Shown here: positions 29,322-52,840 of the stretch, one piece after another
Layout: every line of letters starts with the position of its first letter
How positions within the stretch are numbered: the first letter of the stretch is position 1
Source: the human T2T-CHM13v2.0 reference genome, Homo sapiens
Reading direction: 5' to 3' (one strand)
Assembly: GCF_009914755.1 (NCBI RefSeq)
Contig: NC_060941.1
DNA: 64,000 nt
Position numbers and translations under genes: made by a program
The notes under the pieces: model-generated
Seen by the model: only the letters and a program-made list of their open reading frames with translations
The model's database searches: none
Told to the model about the DNA's origin: nothing

Positions 29322-29832
29322 TGTCAAAAGACAAAAAGCACAAGTTTAAAAATCTTAATCGGCTTTTATTTGTGACTCAAGAATTGGGCAATAACTCATT
29401 CTTGTAAAACAGAATGAGTGTTCCGATGAGCTGAACGAGGAGGTTTGGCTTGATAGGCAGAAAAGGGCTGTGGAAAGCAGAAACAGAGAACAAAAAGCAG
29501 ATGAGTGGTTTCAAAGTGACTTTCCTTGTATGATGGTCCCCAACTTAAAATGACTTAATTTGTAATATTTTTAATTTAGGATGGGTTTATTGGGAGCATC
29601 TGCAAAGTTTAAAGCAGAGGGGATGTCCTATCATGCTGGCTAAAACTGGCCTGTTTGGGGATTTGGCTATTATCCCTGTGTGTCCTGATTCCCTGGAAGG
29701 TCAGATAAACAATTTAGTTTTGGCTTGTTGGTGTGGAACTTCAGCATGAAGAACCCTATTTTGGTTTGGTCTGTTCGGCCTAGTGCAGAAGCTCACTCCA
29801 GACTAATTGCATCCTATAAATTTTATTTAACA
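29322..29832 (-). mobile_element. Solo ERV1 LTR (MER31/MER67-like)
   Basis: Homologous to 6078-6511; TSD GATC/GGTC; carries a 72-bp insertion. Confidence 0.75.
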
Positions 29833-29905
29833 GGTCAAAGCTGAATTTTTAACAGAAAAGTCAGATAAATCACATTGGAGCCCAGTGTCTTCTTTTATTA
29901 CCATT

Positions 29906-30341
29906 TGTGTTAGGCTGTTCTTACTCTGCTATAAAGAAATACTGGAGAATGGGTAATTTATAAAGAAAAGAGGTTTAATTGGCTCATGGTTCTGCAGGCT
30001 TTACAGGAAGCATGGTACTGGCATCTGCCTGGTTTCTGGTGAAGCCTCGGGAAGCTTTCAATCATGGTAGAAGGCGAAGGGGAAACAGGCACATCACATG
30101 GCATAAGCAGGAGCAAGTGAGGCAGGTGGTGGCGCGGGTGAGCAGTGGAGGGGGGTGGGGGGAGGTACCACACACTTTTAAGTGACCAGATCTCGCAAGA
30201 ACTCACTATCAGGAAGACAGCACCATGCCATGAGGGATCCAGCCCCAAGATCCAAACACCTTCCACCAGGCCCCACCTCCAGCATCGGGGATTACAATTC
30301 AATCTGAGATTTGGGCAAGGACAAATATCCAGACTAAATCA
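29906..30341 (-). mobile_element. Solo MSTA/MSTB LTR
   Basis: GCTATAAAGAAATAC..AAAAGAGGTTTAATTGGCTCATGGTTCTGCAGG; TSD CCATT/ACATT. Confidence 0.85.
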
Positions 30342-31095
30342 ACATTGTACAACCATGATCATCTATTTGATCAAAGTCTGTTGAGATAGCAGAGTTTAGG
30401 AGATTGCATCTCCCAAGCACAATATAGGCATCGGATAATAATGCTTGTTCACAGCTGGTCCCATGGCACACCTACAAGTGTCGGGTCTTATGCACTGGTA
30501 AGATAGCTATCACAGTATGGGGGACATAAAAATAAGTCAAATGACTCTAGGGGCCAAGGGAAAACTTCTCCTTCACCCTCTGAATGTTTGCTGAAAAACC
30601 AACTCACAAAAGGCAGATTAATATGAGGAATAACATAGAAATTTACTAATGTGCACCAAAGGAAAATCGCAGTGATTATCCCAACCCCTCAATGGGATTC
30701 AGAAGCTTACTTACCCTCTTGAGGTTACAGAAAGAATCAGGGCTCAGAGCATGACCCAAACCAGATTACAGTGGTAGATCAGATTATGGCAGTTATGGAG
30801 GGGAAGAAGAGGAGGCCTGGCTAGCAAAGGGGGTCTTGTTATGTAGATGAAGCCTCACAGGTAGCGGCCCTTGAGAGAGAATAGGTGGTGAATGTTTCTT
30901 TTAGACTTTAAAGGTGTCAGACTCTCAGTTAATCTTTCCCAGGTCTGGATGAGGGAAGGCCTCAGAGACGGCCCGGCTTCGTCAGTGCAGATTTCTCTAC
31001 AGATGCAAATCTCCCCCACAAAAGGCAGCTTTTTAGTTATTTTTGTATTTCCAGCCCTTCTGAATAGCCATCTTAAACTATATCAAGGAAGTATA

Positions 31096-35352
<4,257 letters not shown>

Positions 35353-35799
35353 AGGTCAAATTTTTGATTGTTAATTTTCTCAAGAGAGTTTCTAAATCTA
35401 GTCATGACACCACTATGCTGTCTTTCTTTTAATTTAATTTTCTCATAAATACAAATAAGGCAATTGTTTAGAATAAGGGATCTCTAAAATCCTTTTTTAA
35501 AAAAAATTAGAAATGTTTCTAATTTAAAAGATCCCTCTGAGGAGGAGAGCAAACAATATGAATACTTTTACCAAAAAGTACACAAGAGTCGCTACACCCA
35601 AGACTAGACACGAATCCTTTTCTCCCATTAATCAAGATTTTGCAGAGGAAAATAGAGACACTGACTTTTACCTTCTGCTTGACTGGATTCTGCAAAAAGA
35701 GAGGCAGGGAGCCTGGGTGGTAAGAATGTCTTATCCTTCCACAGGCTGGTCAGGTCCTGGGTTCCCTAAACTGTGGCTTCAGAAGAGCAGAGCTTTGGT

Positions 35800-37190
35800 T
35801 TTGTCAGAAAAAGGAAAATCTTAAAAGTGGCCCAAGATGGCTGCAAGTTGGACATATGGGTAATAGAAACTGGGCCTATGGACTAAAGCTGAACTCTCGC
35901 CTGCAAGGCTTGAGTTTGTCAAATACTTCACTGAATTATTGATTACAACCTTGCCTATCCCACGAAGCACAAAGACAGTATAGAATCAGTCATCCCCTAA
36001 GATGCCTACATGCTCGTTAACCTTTTACCCTTGTCAACCTGAAATAATTGAAAGGATCAGCATCCAGTTTTAAGGAGTTTATTCAAGTGAAAAACTGGCA
36101 ATTGCCATCCAGTAAACACAGACTCCAGTGCTCCGAAATTAAAAGTTAAGGTCTCGGCCAGGTGCGGTGGCTCACATCTGTAATCCCAGCACTTTGGGAG
36201 GCCGAGGCAGGCAGATCACAAGGTCGGGAGATCGAGACCATCCTGGTCAACATGGTGAAACCCCATCTCTACTAAAATACAAAAAATTAGCCAGGCGTGC
36301 TGGCGTACACGCCTGTAGTCCCAGCTACTCAGGAGGCTGAGGCAGGGGAATTGCTTGGACCCAGGGTGCGGAGGTTGCAGTGAGCCGAGATAGCACCACT
36401 GCACTGCAGCCTGGGCAACAGAGCGAGACTCCATCTCAAAAAAAAAAAGACAAGTTAAGGTCTCACTTATATTGACAGAAAACAAAAAAAAATCTAGTAG
36501 GATTATAACATTTTCTACACAGGGCTGGTTTATTAGTTACAGTTTAATTAGCTGCAGCATGTTTTCACCTCCTTTCCATTGTTAGATGTTAAACACACAA
36601 AAAGTGTGTTTAACATTCCATTTTAGACAATGTGATCCTCATGAAATCTTTGTGTGAGAGAGGAAAGAGGGAAGTTAATCTATGATGAAGATCAATAGTT
36701 GAGAGGGAAGGGGTCTTCCCTGGCATCCTTCATTCATTTACAACATTTTACAAAATAATTTAGGTAAGAAAAAAGACTAATGTATAATCAGGGAAACAAA
36801 AGTTACAGCTTCCTAGGTTACAGCTGCCAGTTTATGTGACTCAGGTCCCATAATCACATTCCCTTAAGGCTCAAAATATTTTAAGGTTCCAAAAGCTTAG
36901 ATTTTGAATTACTTATTTTCACACCCTATATATGTTAACCACGTATTTGCTTTATCTTATGTACAACGTCACTGAGCACCAATCAGAATTGTAGGAATGT
37001 CACCTTTGCTTCTCCATTTCCATGTAACAGAATGTATAAATACTATCTCGTGTAGCCCACTTGGGGAGACATTTTTGGTTTGTTCTGAGTCTGTATTTCC
37101 CAGAGAATTAGTCCTCAAACTTCACTCGGGATAAAACTAACTTTAAATTTCTTTAAGTTATAGTGCCTGTTATGTAACCTTTCTGTCAAT
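35800..37190. mobile_element. Nested ERV1-type LTR fragments (outer LTR plus inner LTR ~36032-36922 with an Alu)
   Basis: TG..CA-bounded segments that interrupt the provirus just downstream of its PBS; families not identified. Confidence 0.45.
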
Positions 37191-37789
37191 AGTATCCTGC
37201 TCACAGCACCAAAACTTAGGGGGCAAGGGAAAATTCTGCTGAAAAATCAACTCACAATAGGTAAATTAATAGGAGAAATGACATAGAAATGTACTAATAT
37301 CCACAGAAGGAAAATCGCAGTGATTACCCCCACTCCCCAGTGGGGTTCTGAAGCTTATGTACTATCTTGAGGTTACATTAACAATGGGGGCTCACAGCAG
37401 GGCCAAAACCAGATTACAGTGTTAGATCAGTTTATGGCGGCAACAGAGGTTATGGAGGGGAAGAAGAGGAGGGCTGGCTAGCAAAGGGGGTCTTGTTATG
37501 TAGATGAAGCCTCACAGGTAGCGGCCCTCGAGAGAGAATAGGTGGTGAATGTTTCTGTTAGACTTTAAAGGTGTCAGACTCTCGCTTAATCTTTCCCAGA
37601 TCTGGATGAGGGAAGGCCTCAGAGACAGCCTGGCTTCATCAGTGCAGATTTCTCTACAGATGCAAATCTCCCCCACAAAAGGCAGCTTTTTAGTTATTTT
37701 TGTATTTCCAACCCTTCTGAATATCTGCCTTGAGCTATGTCGAGAAAATATATTTTATGGTAAAATCATTTGATTTCCTTCAGATGCTT

Positions 37790-38656
37790 TGATATTGTGA
37801 TTTTGATTTTTGTTCCTGGTTCCTGGCATACCAGCTCCTAAACTCTTGGGATGTCTGGAGTGATAAGTGTCTTTTTGTATGCTAGTGAGATGATTAGTGG
37901 CTGGGGGTTCCCAGATAGCCTTAGGATGGGGCTGGTTGACACGGAAACCAACCATACAATTAGAGGTTTGGCACTTTCAGCCCCACCTTCTAACACTGGA
38001 GAGTAGAGAGGGCCTGAAGCTTGAGTTGATTACCAATGGCCAATGATTGATCAATCATGCCTACATAATGAGCCTCCAGAACATTCCAAAAAGATGGGGT
38101 TCAGAGAGCTTCTGAATTGCTGAATAGATGGAGCTGTCTGTAGGGTGGCATGCTTACAGGATGCCATGGGGGTGTGCTGCAGGACAGGACATGGAAGCTT
38201 ATTGCCCCTTACCTTCCATACCTTGCCCTATGGATCACTTCTGCCTGGCTATTCATCTACATCCTCTGTAATATTCCTTACTAATATAATAAGCTGGTAA
38301 ACATAAGTAAATGTTTCCTTGAGTTCTGTGAACTTCCTAACAAATTAGAACGGGGTTGTGGGAACCCCAATTTATAGCTGCTCAGTTAGATGCATAGGTG
38401 ACAACCTGCTACTTGCAATTGGTGTCTGAAAATAGGCCAGTCTTGTGAAAATAGAACTAAGCCTTAACCTGTGGGATCTGACACTATGCCCAGGTAGAGT
38501 GTCAGAATTGAATTGAATGGGAGGACTCCCACTTGGTATCCACTGTAGAACTGCTTAGTGTGTGAGGACAAGCCCACAGACATCTGGTGTCAGAAGTGAA
38601 GTGTTGTGTTGAGTGGTGTGAGTAGGAAAAGCAGTTTGTTTTTTTCATCTCTCTTA
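37790..38656 (+). mobile_element. MER21-type LTR
   Basis: TGATATTGTGA..GGTTCCTGGCA..CAGCTCCTAAA start; TCTGGTGTCAGAAGTGAAGT near the end. Confidence 0.7.
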
Positions 38657-38798
38657 TTAAGACCCAAAGTAAGGGCTTGAGCCCCTATAATAAGTGTAGC
38701 AGCTCCTGCCATAGCTCGAAGGCATCCAGGTACCCAGAAGAACTGAGAAGTATGCTACTGGTCTATCGTCTAATACCAACTTTTGAATTAAATTCTAC

Positions 38799-40058
<1,260 letters not shown>

Positions 40059-40176
40059 CTACCAGCAGTGCCTTTCATGGCAAATCACTTGGAAAGGTTT
40101 TTTCAAAGTTTGGAATTCTTGAAGCATGGAGAGAGACTATAGCCAATTTCAGTTGTTCAAAAGGCTCTTCAGGCTA

Positions 40177-40493
<317 letters not shown>

Positions 40494-40565
40494 TTAAGTC
40501 AGAGATTCTGGAATATTGTCATGTAATGCTCCATCAGAGGTTTTTGCCTGCCCTGTAAAAGCTGG

Positions 40566-41071
40566 TGTTAAGTAAAGTAAAATTATGGGAGATCATTGTT
40601 TTGGATGAAGCTCCTGCACTAGACCCCAGAGGACCAGACTAAAAATCAAAATAGAGTCACCTATGCTAAAGTTCCAGGTTACAAAACCAAAACTAAGTTG
40701 TTATCTGACAGGAGAGAGATTTCCCAAACAGGCCAGTTTCCATTTTTAAGCAGCATGATAATGAATTCTCTCTGCTTTAATCCTCACACAAAAGCAGCAG
40801 CCTGAAGCAACCTGAGAATAACCTAGTCAGTTATTCTCTATTGTTCTGTCTTCCTGTGCCCACCTTACCAGAAAAGTAGCTTTGAAACCAGGGATATGCT
40901 CTTTGTTCTTTGCTTCTGCTTTCTTCATCCCTTCTGTCTGTAAAGCCAACCCCTTCTGCTCAGCTCGTGGGAACACTTATTCTGTTTTCTGGAATGGAGT
41001 GTTGCCCAATTCTAGGCTCATAATAAAGTAAATTGAGATCTTTAAATTTGTTGTAGTTTTGTCGTTTGACC
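40566..41071 (+). mobile_element. Solo ERV1 LTR (MER31/MER67-like)
   Basis: TGTTAAG..GGAGATCATTGTTTTGG..AATAAA..TTGAC; TSD CTGG/TTGG. Confidence 0.7.
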
Positions 41072-41361
41072 TTGGAGTCCACTGTGGAAAATATCCTACC
41101 CATCTCTAAAATTGTCTTTAAGTTATTTTTCCTGTTGTAGACCATTTCATGTGAAAAATTAGCTAACTCCTAGATTATAACACTTTTGTGTTCTTCAGTG
41201 ACAAATGTCCTAAATATTTTACCTCAGTTTGGCAATATTACAATTTGTCTAGTAAGGCCTTAAGCCTCTCTGAAGTGAGGAATTCTAACAAAGCCAAAAG
41301 TATCAGTTTGGCATTGCTCTTTAGTTTCTTAGGCTATCAGCAAATCATCTACATATTGGAT

Positions 41362-42713
<1,352 letters not shown>

Positions 42714-43569
42714 GGATAATTATAAATTTCTCTGGTGGGACAAATTTCCCTAATATTTCCTGTAAATTGCTAGAGAAAAGAGTAGGAGAGTCCTGAAATC
42801 CTTGAGAAATTCTTTACTAAGTTAAGTATTGAACTCCTTTGTAGGTAAAAGCAAACAAGGGTTTGGACAGGAACAGGAAGAAAAAGCAGAACACATTACA
42901 GACAACAGAAACAAAGTCAAAATAGTTGCAGGATTAGGAACTACAAATTCATTTACTTCTCAAAGATCTTGTACAAATCTACACAATGGTCAACCATCTT
43001 TACCAAATTTACTTTCCTTGCTTACTGGAAGTATGGGAGTATGACAAGGTGAGGCTACCTTTTATAGAAGTATCCCTTGTTTTTCTAATTCTTTTATAAT
43101 GGGTTTGATTCTCTCAAACCGAGCTCAGGACAAAGGATATTGTTTCACATACGGCCATTGTGGCATATCCTTTAGGTAAACCATTTTTATTGGTTTTATA
43201 TCTTGAATTAAACCAGCAGTATTATTCCTCAGGGCCCAAAGGGACGCATGGATCTGAGTTAGTTGGGGGGCGCTTTTCAGCATGGTGTGAGATTGCCACT
43301 CTCTCTCATCACTTTTTTCTTCCAGAAGGCAGAGTAAACAAGTCAGGGTCCTTTGATTCTCTTTTCCAGGGAGCTTGACAAACACTTCATCTAAGTACAG
43401 AATATGGTTGCCTTTAAGTTTTGCAGCAGGTATCTCCCAAGTGGATTTTTTAGGAGAATTAGGAGAAAAGAAGAATACATTGTTCCTCATTCGGAGGATC
43501 TATCTGTATGGGAACCACAGAAAAGAAGGAACGGTTAAAAAGAATTCTAATTGCTGTTGGGTGGAGTCT

Positions 43570-44403
43570 TAAAAATATTAATTAGGTCAATGTGATTAAT
43601 AGCACTGCCAAGTCTTAAGTATCTCCCCTGGGTTTTATATCTACTTGGTCATCAATTACTGAGAGAGGAATATTGAAATCTGTTACTGTAATTGTGGATT
43701 TGTCTGTTTCTCCTTGTAGTTCTATCAGGTTTGCTTCATGTATTTTGAAATTATGTTATTTAGTTGTATAGACATTTAAGAATGTCTTATCTTCCTTTTG
43801 CATGTAGCATTATGAAATTTTTCTCTTTAACATACGTCATAGTCATTTTGAAGTTTACTTTGTCTGATATTAATATGGCTATTCCATGTTTGTTTTATTT
43901 AGTGACTTTGTGGTATATCTTTTTTCATTTTGTTACTCTTAACTACCTGTGTCTTTAAATTTAAACTTGGTTTCTTGTTTCTTATAGACAGCATATTTTA
44001 CATCTTGCTTTTCTTATTAATTCTGATGATATCTGCTTTTGTTCACAGTCTTTAGACCATTTATATTTAAAGGAATTCTGATATGATGTGCAGTGATGTG
44101 GTTTTTTCTTTTTTACTTTTTTATCATTATAAAATACAAAAAACGTAATGTGTGTATTTCTTTATGTTTCCTATGTTTAAGGTTTATTGAGATTCTTGGA
44201 TCTGTTGGTTTATAATTTTCAGCAATTTTGGAAATTTTCATAAGATTATTCTTCATATTTTTCTTTACACTTTCTCATTCTAAAATTCCAATGTCATGTA
44301 CATCAGATTACTTGATATTATCACAAAAATCCTTGATTATTTTTTCCATCTGTACTTCATTCTTTCTCTGATCTTTTCTTCTCTGGTCTTTTTTCTTTAA
44401 TAC
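43570..44403 (-). mobile_element. Old L1M fragment (host of the MST provirus; continues after 48825)
   Basis: T-rich antisense L1-like sequence (ATTGTGGATTTGTCTGTTTCTCC, TCTGATATTAATATGGCTATTCC). Confidence 0.65.
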
Positions 44404-44819
44404 TTATATGGTTTGGATTTGTGTCCCTGCCCAAATGTCATGTCAAATTGTAATCCCCAATGTTGGAAGAGGGGCCTGGTGGCAGGTGATTGGATCATGG
44501 GGGTGGACCTCCCTCTTGCTGTTCTTGTGATAGTGAGTTTTCATGAGATATGGTTGTTTCAAAGTGTGTAGCACCTTCCCCTTCACACTTTCCTCCTGCC
44601 CCGGGCATGCACCTGCTTCCCCTTTGCTTTCTGCCATGATTGTAAGTATTCTGAGGCTTCCCCAGCCATGCTTCCTGCACAGCCTGTGAAACTGTGAGTC
44701 AATTAAACATCCTTTCTTTATGAATTACCCAGTTTCAGGTAGTTCTTTATAGCAATGTGAGAATGGACAAATACAGAAAATTGATACTGGGAGTGAAGTA
44801 TTGCTATAAAGATACCTGA

Positions 44820-46550
44820 GGTCTCCCTCTCCCTCTCCCTCTCCCTCTCCCCCCTCTCCCTCTCCCTCTCCCCCCTCTCCCTCTCCCTCCCCCCCCTCTC
44901 CCTCTCTCTCTCCCCCCTCTCCCTCTCCCTCTCCCCCCTCTCCCTCTCCCCACGGTCTCCCTCTCCCTCTCTTTCCACGGTCTCCCACTGATGCCGAGCC
45001 GAAGCTGGACTGTACTGCTGCCATCCCTGCTCACTGCAGCCTCCCTGCCTGATTCTCCTGCCTCAGCCTGCCGAGTGCCTGCGATTGCAGGCGCGCACCA
45101 CCACGCCTGACTGGTTTTCGTATTTTTTTGGTGGAGACGGGGTTTCGCTGTGGTGGCCGGGCTGGTCTCCAGCTCCTAACTGCGAGTGATCCGCCAGCCT
45201 CGGCCTCCCGAGGTGCCGGGATTGCAGACAGAGTCTGGTTCACTCAGTGCTCAATGGTGCCCAGGCTGGAGTGCAGTGGCGTGATCTCGGCTTGCTACAA
45301 CCTCCACCTCCCAGCCGCCTGCCTTGGCCTCCCAAAGTGCCAAGATTGCAGCCTCTGTCCGGCCTCCACCCCGTCTGGGAAGTGAGGAGCGTCTCTGCCT
45401 GGCCGCCCATCGTCTGGGACGTGAGGAGCCCCTCTGCCTGGCTACCCAGTCTGGAAAGTGAGGAGCGTCTCTTCCCGGCCGCCATCCCATCTAGGAAGTG
45501 AGGAGCGCCTCTTCCCAGCCGCCATCCCATCTAGGAAGTGAGGAGCGTGTCTGCCTGGCCGCCCATCGTCTGAGATGTGGGGAGGGCCTCTGACCCGCCG
45601 CCCCGTCTGGGATGTGAGGAGCGCCTCTACCCGGCCGCGACCCCGTCTGGGAGGTGAGGAGCATCTCTGCCCAGCCACCCCGTCTGAGAAGTGAGGAGAC
45701 CCTCCGCCTGGCAACCGCCCCATATGAGAAGTGAGGAGCCCCTCCGCCTGGCAGCCACCCCGTCTGGGAAGTGAGGAGCGTCTCTGCCCGGCAGCCACCC
45801 CATCCGGGAGGGAGGTGGGGGTCAGCCCCCGCCAGGCCAGCCGCCCCGTCCGGGAGGGAGGTGGGGGGGGTCAGCCCCCCGCCCGGCCAGCCGCCCCGTC
45901 CGGGAGGGAGGTGGGGGTGTCAGCCCCCCGCCCGGCCAGCCGCCCGGTCTGGGAGGTGAGGGGCGCCTCTGCCCGGCCGCCCCTACTGGGAAGTGAGGAG
46001 CCCCTCTGCCCGGCCACCACCCCGTCTGGGAGGTGTGCCCAACAGCTCATTGAGAACGGGCCATGATGACAATGGCGGTTTTGTGGAATAGAAAGGGGGG
46101 AAAGGCGGGGAAAGGATTGAGAAGTCGGATGGTTGCCATGTCTGTGTAGAAAGAGGTAGACACAGGAGACTTTTCATTTTGTTCTGTACTAAGAAAAATT
46201 CTTCTGCCTTGTGATCCTGTTGATCGGTGACCCTACCCGCAACCCTGTGCTCTCTGAAACATGTGCTGTGTCCACTCAGGGTTAAATGGATTAAGGGTGG
46301 TGCAAGATGTGCTTTGTTAAACAGATGCTTGAAGGCAGCATGCTCGTTAAGAGTCATCACCACTCCCTAATCTCAAGTACCCAGGGACACAAACACTGCG
46401 GAAGGCCGCAGGGTCCTCTGCATAGGAAAACCAGAGACCTTTGTTCACTTGTTTATCTGCTGACCCTCCTTCCACTATTGTCCTATGACCCTGCCAAATC
46501 CCCCTCTGTGAGAAACACCCAAGAATGATCAATTAAAAAAAAAAAAAAAA
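44820..46550 (+). mobile_element. Full-length SVA retrotransposon (SVA_D-like)
   Basis: (CCCTCT)n head from ~44823, antisense Alu-like region, GC-rich VNTR ~45350-46040, SINE-R, ATTAAA at 46532 then poly(A); TSD AAAGATACCTGA at 44808-44819 and 46551-46562. Confidence 0.96.
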
Positions 46551-48444
46551 AAAGATACCTGAAAATGTGGAAGTGACTTTGGAAATGGGTAACGGGTAGA
46601 AGTTGGAACAGTTTGGAGATCTCAGAAGAAGACAGGAAGATAAAGGAAAGTTTGGAACTTCCTAGAGACTTGTTAAATTGTTGTGACCAAAATGCCGATA
46701 GTGATATGGTTAATGAAGTCCAGGCTGAGATGGTCTCAGATGGAGATGAGGAACTTATTGGGAACTGAAGCAAATGTCACTTTTGTTATGTGTTAGCAAA
46801 GAGGTTGGAGGCATTGTGCCCCTCCCCTAGAGATCTGTGGAACTTTGAACTTGAGAGTGTTGATATAGGGTATCTGGCAGAAGAAATTTCTAAGCTGCAA
46901 AACATTCAAGACTTGGCCTGGCTACTTCTAGCAGCCTATGCTTATATTTGTGAGCAAATAAATGAGCTGAAACTGGAACTTATCTTTAAGAGGGAAGCAG
47001 AGTGTAAAAGATTGGAAAGTTTTCAGCCCAGCCATGTGGTAGAAAAGAAAAACCCATTTTCAGGGAGGAATTCAACCCAGCTACAGAAATTTGCATAAGA
47101 GGAACCATAATAATAGCCAAGACAATGGGGTAAATGCCCAGAAGGGATTTCGGAGACTTTCATGACAGTCTCACCCATCACAGGCATGGAGGCCTAGAAG
47201 GGAAGAATTTCCTGGGCCAGGCCCGGGGCTCAACTGCCCTACACAACTTAGGGACACTGTTCCCTGCATCCCAGCTATGCCAGCTCCAGCCATGGCTAAA
47301 AGGGACCCAGATACATCTCAGGCCACTGCTCCAGAGGATGCAAGCCATAAGCCTTAGCAGCTTCCATGTGGTGTTAAGCTGGCGGGTACACAGAGAGGAA
47401 GAGTGGAGGCTTGGGAGCCTCTGCCTAGATTTCAGAGAAGATATATGGAAATGCCTGGATGTCCAGGAAGAAGTCTGCTGCAGGGAAGGAGCCCTGATGG
47501 AGGACCTCTACTAGGGCAATATGGAGGGGAAATATGGGGTTGGAGCTGCCACACAGAGTCCCCACTGGGGCACTGCTTAGTGGAGCTGTGAGAAGAGGAC
47601 CACTCCCCAGAATGGTAGATTTACCATCAGCTTCCACTATGCACCTGGAGTGCCACAGGTACTCAACTCCAGCCCATGAAAGCAGCTGAGGGGGCTGTAC
47701 CCTGCAGAGCCACAGAGGTAGAGCTGCCCAAGGCCCTGGGAGCCCACCTTTTGCATTGGTGTTCCCTGAATATGAGACATGGAGTCAAAGGAGATTATTT
47801 TGGAGCTTTAAGATTTAATGACTGCCCTGTTGGGTTTCAGACTTTCATGGGGCCTGTAGCCCTTTTGTTTTGGCCAATTTCTCCCATTTGGAATGGGAGA
47901 GAGTATTTAGCCAATGCCTGTACCCCCACTGTATCTTGGAAGTAACTAACTTGTTTTGATTTTACAGGTTCATAGGCAGAAGAACTTGCCTTATCTCAGA
48001 TAAGACTTTGGATTGTGGACTTTTGAGTTAATGCTGGAATGAGTTAAGACTTTGGGGGACTGTTGGGAAGGCATGATTGTATTTTGAAATATGAGAAGGA
48101 CATGAGATTTGGGAGGGGCCAGGGACAGAATAATATGGTTTACATTTTTGTCCTTGCCCAAATCTCATGTTGAATTGTAATCCCCAATGTTGGAGGAGGG
48201 GCCTGGGGGGAAGTGATTGGGTCATGGGGGCAGACTCCCCCTTGCTGTTCGCGTGATAGTGAGTTCTCATGAGATCTGGTTGTTTCAAAGTGTGTGGCAC
48301 CTCCTGCTTCGTGCTCTTCCTTCTGCTCCCACCATGTAGGAGTGCCTGCTTTCCCTTCACCTTCTGCCATGATTGTAAGTTTCCTGAGGCCTCCCCAGAC
48401 ATGCTTCCTATACAGTCTGTGGAACTGTGAGTCAATTAAACCAC

Positions 48445-48748
48445 TTTTCTTTTCTTTTTTTTTTTTGAGATGGAGTTTTGCTCTTGTCGCCCAGGCTGGA
48501 GTGGACTGGAGCGATCTCAGCTCACTGCAACCTCCGCCTCTGGGTTCAAGTGATTCTCCTGCCTCAGCCTCCCGAGTAGCTGGGATTACAGGCATCTGCC
48601 ACCATGCCCGGCTAATTTTTGTATTTTTGGTAGAGATGGAGTTTCACCATGTTGGCCAGACTGGTCTCGAACTCCTGACCTCAGGTGATCCACTCACCTC
48701 AGCCTCCCAAAGTGTTAGGATCACAGGCGTGAACCACTGCACTTGGCC
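48445..48748 (-). repeat. Alu in the MST 3' LTR
   Basis: Alu consensus. Confidence 0.93.
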
Positions 48749-49051
48749 TAAACTTCTTTTCTTTATAAATTACCCAGTCTTAGGTAGTTCTTTATAGCAA
48801 TGTGAGAATGAACTAATACAAATACCTACTCTGCTGTTAATTCCATCTAATGTTTCTTTAAAAATATTTTCTATTTATCTCCTCATCTTCTACATTCTTG
48901 AGCACGTGAACCATATTTATGATATCTATTTTCTATATCACATCTGTTAATTGCATCATTTATGTCACTTATGAATCTTATTATATTGATGGATTTTTGT
49001 CCTGATTATGTGTGATATTTTCTTGCTTTTACCATGTCTATTAATTTAAAA

Positions 49052-52086
<3,035 letters not shown>

Positions 52087-52209
52087 AATTCCTCTATTCT
52101 TTACTCCAAAAGATCATATCAGGTCAAAAGATGTACAGAACTGGGTGTCAAAAAGGTGTTCAACACAAATATATTTAATGAAAGGTTGAACAAGTGAGGC
52201 AGAGGTTTA

Positions 52210-52840
52210 GTGTTACTCTAACAGAATACTGGAGACTGGGTAGTTTATGAAGAAAAGAGGTTTATTTAGCTTGCAATTCTGGTGGCTGGAAAGTTCAAGA
52301 TTGGGCCTCTGGTGAGGGTCTCAGGCTGCTTCAGCTCAAGGTGGAATGTGAAAGGGGAATCGGCATGTGCAAAGAGATCACACATGCTGAAGAGGAAGCA
52401 AAGCAGGGAGGAGGTCCCAGGCTGGTTTGTTTGTTTCTTTGTTTTTTGAGACGTGGTCTTATTCTGTCACCCAGGCTGGACACTGTAACCTTGAACTCCT
52501 GGGCTCAAGCTATCTTCCCACGTCAGCCTCTTGAGTAACTAGGCCCATAGGTGCATGCCACCATGGCTGGCTAATTTTTTCCTTTTTGGTAAAGACAGGG
52601 ATGTTGCAATGTCTGTGTTGCCCAGGCTGGTCTTGAATACTTGGCCTCAAGCAATCCTCCTGTCTTGGCATCAAGCAATCCTCCTGTCTTGGCATCCTAA
52701 AGTGTTGGGATTAGAGATGCGAACCATCACACTGGCCCAGGCTCCTTTTAACAACCAGCTCTCTTGTGAACTAATGGGAGGACATTAATTCATTCATGAG
52801 GGATCCACCCCCATGACTGAAACCCCTCCCACCAGGGCCT
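52210..52840 (-). mobile_element. MaLR LTR (MST/MLT-like) with an Alu
   Basis: GAGACTGGGTAGTTTATGAAGAAAAGAGGTTTATTTAGC..CATTCATGAGGGATCCACCCCCATGAC. Confidence 0.7.

Larger units (their letters stand above)
44404..48820 (+). mobile_element. Full-length MST (ERVL-MaLR, MSTA-like) provirus: 5' LTR 44404-44775, internal, 3' LTR 48131-48820
   Basis: Two homologous LTRs (..ATATGGTTT..AATACA); MST-int leader GAAAATTG..; PPT GGGAGGGGCCAGGG before the 3' LTR; 5-bp TSD AATAC at 44399-44403 and 48821-48825. Confidence 0.9.

Noticed and set aside
45350-46040. Repeat-spacer-like array (CRISPR-like appearance)
   Set aside because: SVA VNTR in primate DNA; no unique spacers and no cas genes.
44718-46532. 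ERERGE/GEGEG low-complexity ORFs and other ORFs
   Set aside because: Translations of the SVA hexamer, VNTR and SINE-R.
46790-47945. ORFs in the MST internal region
   Set aside because: Broken remnants of MaLR internal sequence with stops and frameshifts.
52647-52696. 24-bp tandem duplication (also 16-bp ones at ~445-476 and ~22884-22914)
   Set aside because: Local slippage inside old repeats with no functional context.
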